NCBI GenBank assembly: GCA_965204745.1
Contig: OZ242010.1
Span: forward strand, 960,001-1,024,000
Length of the DNA stretch: 64,000 nt
Reading direction: 5' to 3'
From: Candidatus Latescibacterota bacterium
GTDB taxonomy: Bacteria > Latescibacterota > UBA2968
The notes beneath the pieces are model-generated. The model did not search any database. It saw only the letters and a list, made by a program, of their open reading frames with translations, and was not told the DNA's origin. A program made the position numbers and the translations under genes. Shown piece after piece: positions 56,957 through 64,000 of this stretch (its first letter is position 1; each line of letters opens with the position of its first letter).

Positions 56957-57415
56957 TTATTTTTTTCGCAAAGTTTGAAAAAACGCCCGCAATATCCGGC
57001 TGCATTCCCCTTCCAAAACCCCTCGGCGCACGGCCAAGCGGTGATTCAAGCGTTTGTCTTCGACGATATTTCTCAAGGATCCGCAAGCCCCGGTTTTGGG
57101 ATCGCACGCGCCAAAGACCAATCGGGACAATCGGGCGAGCACCATCGCACCTGCACACATCGCACAGGGTTCGAGCGTGGCGTAAAGCGTGCAATCGGTC
57201 AGCCACCGAACCCCCAATTTTTTCGTGGCCCGTTGAAGAACGAGCATTTCGGCGTGCGCGGTGGGATCCTCTCGTTGAACGATGCGATTGTGGTCTCGTG
57301 CGATGACCTCGCCCTTGCACATCACAACCGCGCCAACGGGCACTTCGCGTTCACCTGCTGCTGCCCGGGCTTCTTCAAGGGCGAGTTTCATGCCTGTCAG
57401 ATCATCGTCCTGCAC
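56957..57415 (-). CDS. tadA: tRNA adenosine(34) deaminase
   Basis: EVPVGAV, TAHAE, TLEPCAMCAGA. Confidence 0.95.
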   Translation of the reverse strand: MQDDDLTGMKLALEEARAAAGEREVPVGAVVMCKGEVIARDHNRIVQREDPTAHAEMLVLQRATKKLGVRWLTDCTLYATLEPCAMCAGAMVLARLSRLVFGACDPKTGACGSLRNIVEDKRLNHRLAVRRGVLEGECSRILRAFFQTLRKK

Positions 57416-57661
57416 GCAGACTCCAAAAGTGTGGAAAACAATTCCCGATCACAAGGACAAAAATATACGGGTTTCGCCACATGGAGTCAACCATCAACAT
57501 GAGGGCATCGAGATATTCCACTTGGCGTGCTTTTCCCAAATGCGACACGCGCCACGAGCACACATCCACCGGAGGACAAAACATTGTCCTCATTTTTTTA
57601 TACACGGATCTTAGGGACAGGCCCCCGTGCCTATCCGAAGCAGGGGCGGGTTGAAAGACAT

Positions 57662-58387
57662 TCAGAATCGATCCCGAGTCTCATCTTCCACAGCACCAAT
57701 TTCTCGAACACGCACGGCGTATTGACCGCCTTCAAACGGGGTGCTCAGCCACGTCGCGACGATCTCCTTTGCTATGGTATTGCCCACCACGCCGACGCCG
57801 AGACACAAAATATTGGCATCGACATGGGCGCGGGCAAATTTGGCCGATGTCACATCGTGACACGATACAGCGCGAATCGCCTTTGTTTTGTTGGCGACGA
57901 TGGCAGCACCCGTGCCGCTTTCAGTTGCGACAATGCCCGTCATCAGATTATTCGCTGTCACCGCATCCGCCACCTCTTGGGCTATGCCGACATAAGAGGT
58001 TTCTCGCGGCGCGTGCGTCCCACAATCGATGATCTCCCGCCCGGCATCTCGCAACATTTGCACGATCTGTTTCTTCAGTTCAAATCCTTTGTGGTCTGCA
58101 CCAATCGCCACGACGCTCGATTTCTGGGGGTCTTGAATCGCCGCCTCATCATCAGACGCGACCAGACGCACTTTCTGTTGCCGTATCAAATCGCGTGCCA
58201 GTGGCGTCACAATCGCATTGGGCATCGCATAAACCGCATCGCCACCGCGGTTGATCGCGGATTTGACCAACTCTTCCGTCACCAAACTCGCCGGCGGGTC
58301 AAGCGGTTCAGGTACCGCGTTCCCCTCTAATGCCTTCAACCGTCGCACCACTTCGGCAACGATCCGCTGTATCGATTTTTCGTTCAT
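57662..58387 (-). CDS. RpiB/LacA/LacB-family protein with N-terminal extension
   Basis: AIGADHKGFELK, AHVDANILCLG, TPFEGG; canonical CGTG replaced by TESG. Confidence 0.82.
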   Translation of the reverse strand: MNEKSIQRIVAEVVRRLKALEGNAVPEPLDPPASLVTEELVKSAINRGGDAVYAMPNAIVTPLARDLIRQQKVRLVASDDEAAIQDPQKSSVVAIGADHKGFELKKQIVQMLRDAGREIIDCGTHAPRETSYVGIAQEVADAVTANNLMTGIVATESGTGAAIVANKTKAIRAVSCHDVTSAKFARAHVDANILCLGVGVVGNTIAKEIVATWLSTPFEGGQYAVRVREIGAVEDETRDRF

Positions 58388-58551
58388 TGGTGGTTGTGTC
58401 TCCCGCGTCAATAATAGACGCTCCGCGGGGGTTTGTCAAGGGGAACGCCCGCGATTTTGCGATGCCGAGACCGCAAAAATTGACGGGTGAAAAATTGCGC
58501 TTGACACAGCTATTTACTTCCCGTAAATTTGATCGCCATTGGATATAATGT

Positions 58552-58627
58552 TCCGGCGTAGCTCAGTCGGCAGAGCGAGTGGCTGTTAACCACTAAGTCG
58601 TAGGTTCGAGTCCTACCGCCGGAGCCA
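58552..58627 (+). tRNA. tRNA-Asn(GTT)
   Basis: TCCGGCGTAGCTCAG...CTGTTAA...GGAGCCA; upstream TTGACA promoter and downstream terminator hairpin. Confidence 0.97.
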
Positions 58628-58708
58628 AAAATGAAAAGGCTACGAGATCATTCGTAGCCTTTTTCTCTTTTGCCCTGCAATTTATCCATGTTCACAGGAG
58701 GAACGCCG

Positions 58709-59461
58709 ATGTCAGCAACCGCAAAACCCGATTTTGACGCGATTATGACCGATCTGGATGACCAGGGCTACTGCCTGATTCCCTCGGTCATTTCAGAGCG
58801 CGAGGCCGATGAGGCGCGCGTCATTTTGGAACGGGTGCTCAAAGCAGAGGCCACCGAGCAAGCCGCCAAAACGCAACGGGTGGGGCGCATCGCGGTCAAG
58901 CATCCGATCTTTCTCGAACTGATGGCGCATCCGACTATCGTGACCCTGTGGCGCGAATACCTCGGCGAGGACATGGTCTGTTCCACTTGGTCGGGCAATA
59001 GCATTTATCCGGGTGGGGACGCGATCAACTGGCATTCGGATTATCCGTATTGGTCCATCCGACCGCCCTATCCCCCCGGGCGTTTGGCCGGGCAAACGAT
59101 CTGGTTTCTCAACGATCTGACCGAGGAAAATGGCGCGACCACCATGTTGCCCCAAAGCCATCTGAAGGGCGAACCCCCGCCGCCCGAACTCAAGACGCAG
59201 TGGATTGAGGCTGGAAAAATTCTCACGGGCAAACGCGGCAGTGTCGCGGTCATGCACGGCGCGTGCTGGCACACGGCCCGCCCCAACAAGACCGATCAAA
59301 TCCGCTCTGTTCTGCTGGGGATGTACATGCGCCCGTGGTTTATTCCGCAAGAAGATATGCGCGGGCAACTGGCCGAATTGGAAAATCCGTCCGCATTGGT
59401 GCGCCAACTCATGTGCGCCAACCAACGCGAACCGCGCAGTGTCGGGGAAAATTCGGGTTGA
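58709..59461 (+). CDS. Phytanoyl-CoA dioxygenase (PhyH) family protein
   Basis: WHSD, ENGATTMLPQSH, WH. Confidence 0.88.
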   Translation: MSATAKPDFDAIMTDLDDQGYCLIPSVISEREADEARVILERVLKAEATEQAAKTQRVGRIAVKHPIFLELMAHPTIVTLWREYLGEDMVCSTWSGNSIYPGGDAINWHSDYPYWSIRPPYPPGRLAGQTIWFLNDLTEENGATTMLPQSHLKGEPPPPELKTQWIEAGKILTGKRGSVAVMHGACWHTARPNKTDQIRSVLLGMYMRPWFIPQEDMRGQLAELENPSALVRQLMCANQREPRSVGENSG

Positions 59462-59576
59462 GCCTGACCCGCTACCACTCCGGCGTAAAAAAACAACAAG
59501 CCCGAATTCATTGCGAACTCGGGCTTATTTTTTTTTGAGCGGCCGGGAATCCGCGTAACTCCGCGGTTCAGACAAA

Positions 59577-61409
59577 TTACCGCACGGGTTGCAGGCTACT
59601 TTGCGGATGGGCTTCGAGGATGGCTTCGATCTCGCGTTGAAAGCGGTCGAGGGGTTCGGCGATTTGGTGGCGAAATTCTTCGCGGATGAGTTCGCAGTAT
59701 TCCTGCGCGGCTTTCAACATCACCTCGGCATTGTGTTGCAAGGTGCGATAATCGTCTTGGAAATGGTCAAAACGCCCGTGCAAGGCGTGCATCAATTTGC
59801 TCGCGTAATCCCCGACGTGTCTTTCTCGATAGCCTTCGCTGAATCGCTTCAGGTGATCGAGTGCCTCATCGAGGAAGGTCTTGACCTCATCGACTTGCAG
59901 GGCTTCGCGCGTGGTGAGAATGAGGTGATTGCCCTGAATGGCGAGGCGCAGGCCATCGCCAAAATCCCGGGGGTGATGCGCGAGCATATAGACCAGAAAT
60001 TTCCAGAAGGACCAGCGATACGTGCCGAGGATGCCCTGTCGCCAGATCGAGCGGAAGCACGCTTTAATTTCTGTCCAACCAACGGGCATAGACGAGACGG
60101 GCCTGCGCGTGCGATGGGCGTAATGCGTGCGGCAACGTTCAAAAAATATCTCGGGGCTGTTCAGGGTTTCCACGACCTGGCGATGGCGCGCCAGCAATTC
60201 GTCGGGATCGATGATGGGCACATAGCTCAACTGCCGGCTGAAGATCCCCGAATCGCCGGTGTATTTCACGCCTTCTATCAGGCGGCCCAACCGCTGGTAG
60301 CGTTTGTAATCGGGTGTGTCGCGCAGCACGCCCAAAATGCCGACCATTGCCACGGGGATGCCCGCTTCTCGGATGAATGCGATCATGCGGTCCGCAATGT
60401 CGTCCGGGTCCGTATCCAAGCCCATGATGAACCCGGCCTGAACCTCCATGCCATAGGCTTGCAACACCTTCACCTTGTCCAACAAAGGGGTATCGCCCTG
60501 TAAGTTTTTTTGCGCGCCCATAAACTTCAGGCTTTCGCGCACCGGGGATTCGATTCCCGCGAAAATTTTGTCAAAGCCAGCGAGGTGCATCGCCTCTAAG
60601 AGCGCGGGGTCGTCGCTGACGCGGATGCTGGCTTGGGTGTTGAATTGGAAGGGATACCCGCGTTCTCGTTGCCACGGGATCACCTCTTCCTCCAGGGTTT
60701 GCCGAATCTCCTCGCAGTTGCCGACGAAATTGTCATCGACCGCCATGATCGCGCCGCGCCAGCCCCGGTCGTAGAGCGCGTCGAGTTCTCGAATCACGCG
60801 GCTACTGTTTTTTAAGCGCGTGATTTTGCCGTAGAGCGATGGGATGTTGCAAAACGTGCAGCTTTCCGGACAGCCGCGGGTGATTTGAATGACCATCACC
60901 GTGTAGTCGTCAAAGTCGATCAGATCCCAGCGCGGCAACGGGGTTTTGACGAGGCTTTGAAATTCGCCGCGCCGGTCGATGTATTCGCGCCCCACTTGTT
61001 GCGGTTCGGTCACTAGGCGATCTACCACGTCCATAAAGCCGTTTTCAGCTTCGCCTAAATAAAAGACCGCATCCCCTTCGATTTCCTCGCAATACTGCGT
61101 GGGCAATGGGCCGCCGTTGAGCACGGGCACGCCCACGGCATTGCACTGGGCGATGATTTCTTCAAGGGAGTGCCAGTGGATGATCATGGACGAGGTAATC
61201 GCGATGTCCGCCCAATGCAGGTCGTCATCTGTCAGGGGTTGCACATTGACATCCACGACCCGCAAGTCGTAGTGATCGGGCATCAGGCCGGCGATAGTCA
61301 ACAGCCCCAATGGCGGGAATGCGGACTTTTTCCCGACCAATTTCAGGGCTTCGTCAAAACTCCAAAACGTCACGGGATTTTTCGGATACACGAGAAGCGC
61401 GTTGGGCAT
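59577..61409 (-). CDS. B12-binding radical SAM protein (DUF4070 type)
   Basis: PPLGLLTIAG, RGCPESCTFC, GFIMGLDTD. Confidence 0.9.
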   Translation of the reverse strand: MPNALLVYPKNPVTFWSFDEALKLVGKKSAFPPLGLLTIAGLMPDHYDLRVVDVNVQPLTDDDLHWADIAITSSMIIHWHSLEEIIAQCNAVGVPVLNGGPLPTQYCEEIEGDAVFYLGEAENGFMDVVDRLVTEPQQVGREYIDRRGEFQSLVKTPLPRWDLIDFDDYTVMVIQITRGCPESCTFCNIPSLYGKITRLKNSSRVIRELDALYDRGWRGAIMAVDDNFVGNCEEIRQTLEEEVIPWQRERGYPFQFNTQASIRVSDDPALLEAMHLAGFDKIFAGIESPVRESLKFMGAQKNLQGDTPLLDKVKVLQAYGMEVQAGFIMGLDTDPDDIADRMIAFIREAGIPVAMVGILGVLRDTPDYKRYQRLGRLIEGVKYTGDSGIFSRQLSYVPIIDPDELLARHRQVVETLNSPEIFFERCRTHYAHRTRRPVSSMPVGWTEIKACFRSIWRQGILGTYRWSFWKFLVYMLAHHPRDFGDGLRLAIQGNHLILTTREALQVDEVKTFLDEALDHLKRFSEGYRERHVGDYASKLMHALHGRFDHFQDDYRTLQHNAEVMLKAAQEYCELIREEFRHQIAEPLDRFQREIEAILEAHPQSSLQPVR

Positions 61410-61581
61410 GGGGTCATCCTTTCGCAAAAGGCGCGGACAAATAAGGGCGTAGCAAACGATACGTCTTCCCCAATATACGATATTTTTTGGTTGCTACACC
61501 AAAAAAAATCCCTAACTTAACGGCGCGGAGAAAAGGCGGATCGCGGATGAAACGGATTACGCGGATTACGCGGATAAAAGG

Positions 61582-61915
61582 CGAGAAAATCAAGCCCTGA
61601 CGTTCCGCAGTTCAAAGAAGGCATCACAACAAGTGCCCTCGCAAAACACTTTCCGATCAAGCTATCACGCACAGCGCGCAAGTCCATTGGCAACCCACAT
61701 CCATCTTGCAACCCACTTTGCAGGCTGTCTCATGTCGTGCGATTACAAAAACGATTTGCGCTGTGCAAGCCCCTCGGCGTTTGAGAGCGGCATTTTTTGC
61801 CTACTTTTTTTTGCTGTTGAAAAAAAGTAGGTCGCCGAAGGCATCGGAGGCAACCAACAATGCTGTAGGACCAAACGCCTTAAATCAGCAAGCAACACAT
61901 TTGCTAATCTGTGCG
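61582..61915 (+). repeat. 334-bp non-coding dispersed element, copy 2
   Basis: Inverted copy of 38247-38580. Confidence 0.9.
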
Positions 61916-61967
61916 GGCGGAGCGAGTAACGAGGGCCAGGTGGGCAGGTCCCGAAAGCGAGGGTGTC

Positions 61968-62717
61968 ATGATCGCGGAAGAAGATATTTGGTATTTCAAG
62001 ACCACGGGGTTTTACAGGGTGCGCGAGACATTGCCCGATGATCTGATCGACCGGTTGAATGCCGTGACCGAGAGGCAGATTGCGGACATGTGCGAACCCA
62101 TTGTTTGGGAGGACAAAGGGCCGCAGTGCCCGGCGACTGTGCGGCGGTTGTCGAAAATTTTTTCCCGCGATGCGGTCTATCTCCAAGCCGCGACGCATCC
62201 GATCATCCTCGACGCGCTCGAGGGCATTCTCGGGCCGAACATCGAGGTGTTGACCAACAAACACAATCACGTCATGGTGCGCCCGGCCGGATCGTATCCG
62301 GTGCCGTGGCACGCGGGGGAAGAACCCTACGACCACACGCTGATCACCGGGTTGATTTACCTCGAGGAATCCACAGTCGAAAACGGTTGCGTCCGCATCG
62401 TGCCCGGTAGCCACAATCGCCCGTTTTTGAACCCGCGCCGACCGCAGGCGCAACGGGATGATTTTTACGACAGCGACCACTATTACCGCGCCTTGCCCGT
62501 CCCGATGCCGCGAGGCGGTGTTTTGTTATTTAACGATTGTTGCTATCACGGATCGGATACGAACCGATCCGCGCATTCCCGGCGCAGCATGACCGTGGCC
62601 TATCGCGCCCACGACGCCCACGATGTCGTCAAAGACGATCCGGAGAAACTTCTCGTTCGCGGTGAAAAGGTCTATACCGGTCACCCGCATCCCTATCCCA
62701 TCCCGGTTCAGAAATAG
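61968..62717 (+). CDS. PhyH-family dioxygenase
   Basis: ENGCVRIVPGSH, YHGSDTN; WHAGE at the HxD site. Confidence 0.85.
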   Translation: MIAEEDIWYFKTTGFYRVRETLPDDLIDRLNAVTERQIADMCEPIVWEDKGPQCPATVRRLSKIFSRDAVYLQAATHPIILDALEGILGPNIEVLTNKHNHVMVRPAGSYPVPWHAGEEPYDHTLITGLIYLEESTVENGCVRIVPGSHNRPFLNPRRPQAQRDDFYDSDHYYRALPVPMPRGGVLLFNDCCYHGSDTNRSAHSRRSMTVAYRAHDAHDVVKDDPEKLLVRGEKVYTGHPHPYPIPVQK

Positions 62718-62721
62718 TCCC

Positions 62722-63480
62722 ATGCTCACGATGCGACAAGTCCAACTCTTTCGGAACAACGGATTTTTGCGCCTGCCGAACCGGTTGCCCTCGGACTTGG
62801 TCAAAGACCTGAAGGCCGCGATTATGGCCGATCTCAACGGCGAGGTCAAACCCCTTGTCCGCAACGAGGATGGGCGGGCCGTGCGTATTTCCGCGCTGAT
62901 GGACCGCGCGCCGATTTTCCGAGAAGCCGCCACGCATCTGTTCGCGCTCGACCCGCTCGAATCGCTTTTGGGGCCGAATATCGAAATCCTCACCAACCGC
63001 CACAATCACGCGACCTTGCGAACCTCTGGGGAAAACAAGCGCGACGCCCTGCACCGCGATGTCAAGCAATGGACGCGCAATATTTTCACGATCATTTTTT
63101 ACCTCGAAGAAACCACGGTTGAAAATGGTTGCACCCGCATCGTGCCCGGCTCGCACCACTTCCCCGGCGTCAGCATGTCCATTCACAACGCGGCCTGGGC
63201 GTGCGACGTACTCGCACAAGCCCTGCCCGTGCCCATGCCCGCAGGCGGGATGCTCGTGATCGATAGCATGGTCATTCACGGGCCGGGGGAAAACCACACA
63301 GCCGACACGCGCATGAGCATGACCATCGGCTATCACAGCGTCGACGAACTGATGGACATCCCCAACCCCAAACGCCTGCTCGTGCGCGGCGAGGGGGTGT
63401 ACCATGGAAACGAGGAGTCCGCGAATGTCCGAAATGCGACAAAGACAAAAATTGCTCTTTCTGTATCTCGGCAATTCTAG
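62722..63480 (+). CDS. PhyH-family dioxygenase
   Basis: LHRD, ENGCTRIVPGSH, IHGPGEN. Confidence 0.87.
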   Translation: MLTMRQVQLFRNNGFLRLPNRLPSDLVKDLKAAIMADLNGEVKPLVRNEDGRAVRISALMDRAPIFREAATHLFALDPLESLLGPNIEILTNRHNHATLRTSGENKRDALHRDVKQWTRNIFTIIFYLEETTVENGCTRIVPGSHHFPGVSMSIHNAAWACDVLAQALPVPMPAGGMLVIDSMVIHGPGENHTADTRMSMTIGYHSVDELMDIPNPKRLLVRGEGVYHGNEESANVRNATKTKIALSVSRQF

Positions 63481-63715
63481 CCCAGAGAGCGAAGTCGTTG
63501 CGTGGTCGCTTTACGACGGCACGACTGACGAAACATTTGAAGCGGCAGGCGAACATGCCGAGCCGCCTTACGCATCGGTGCTCGATGCCATGCGCGATGG
63601 CTGGCGCGTCATTCAAGTGCCCGCGCTCAAAACCCCGCAGGTGGGTCGAGAATACGAAAACGATTATCTCGACTTCGAATTTGTGTTGGAGAAAATGGAG
63701 GCGGTAAATGGATAA
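63425..63715 (+). CDS. Small hypothetical protein
   Basis: GAGGAG RBS; PYASVLDAMRDGWRVIQ; coupled to the next gene. Confidence 0.7.
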   Translation: MSEMRQRQKLLFLYLGNSSPESEVVAWSLYDGTTDETFEAAGEHAEPPYASVLDAMRDGWRVIQVPALKTPQVGREYENDYLDFEFVLEKMEAVNG

Positions 63716-64000
63716 GAATCTCTTGCTCTCGTCTGTTGAGATGGCCCAGTTTGTAAGCACGGGTTTTCTGCGGTTCGACAACCTGGTTCCGCGAGAACTC
63801 TGCAAAGCGACGCACGAGGAGATGAGCACGGGCAAGCTCAGACGCCGTGCGCCGATGGGCGCGCCCTTTGGCGAGGTTTGGCCCGACGAAGCCATTGGCA
63901 GGGTTTTTCGCCTGCCCAAAGTGGCGGCGATTATCCACAGTTTGGTGGGCCCCAATCCGCGATACGACCATCACGCGGCGCACCTCACGCCGGCAAATAC
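63708..64000 (+). CDS. PhyH-family dioxygenase (partial, runs off the window end)
   Basis: Manual translation MDKNLLLSSVEMAQFVSTGFLRFD...IIHSLVGPNPRYDHH. Confidence 0.7.
   Translation, partial: MDKNLLLSSVEMAQFVSTGFLRFDNLVPRELCKATHEEMSTGKLRRRAPMGAPFGEVWPDEAIGRVFRLPKVAAIIHSLVGPNPRYDHHAAHLTPAN

Noticed and set aside
58552-64000. Prophage or integrative island at tRNA-Asn
   Set aside because: No integrase, phage genes or tRNA 3' duplication visible in the window

Overview
Bacterial chromosome window, GC-rich overall. The expanded PhyH dioxygenases, ankyrin/TPR proteins, group II GGGP synthase and large SRP RNA suggest an FCB-related lineage such as Latescibacterota, possibly host-associated (inference only). 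Housekeeping blocks are nqrABCDEF, eno, metK-ptsI-ptsH, alaS-recX-recA, pgsA/pgpA, recR-ybaB-dnaX-ffs, four tRNAs and tadA. They alternate with accessory regions holding a decayed type II R-M system with an intact C-box, two TA modules, IS remnants and many short intergenic repeats. The main result is a complete IS110 (IS621-like) element at 22881-24175. Its upstream non-coding region contains all four bridge-RNA guide segments: the donor guides match the element's own end junction, and the target guides match the heptamer tandem repeat into which it has inserted. It thus appears to be an RNA-guided recombinase programmed against the host's dispersed heptamer microsatellites. Other signals are three tandem membrane-protein paralogs with 2/3/5 copies of an 11-aa repeat between ybaB and recR, a sigma54-driven double-glycine-leader peptide with a putative immunity gene, a 334-bp non-coding element present twice, and a shared candidate LexA box at recA and at the NTase-uvrA operon. 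Several frameshifts lie in homopolymers and may be sequencing errors.
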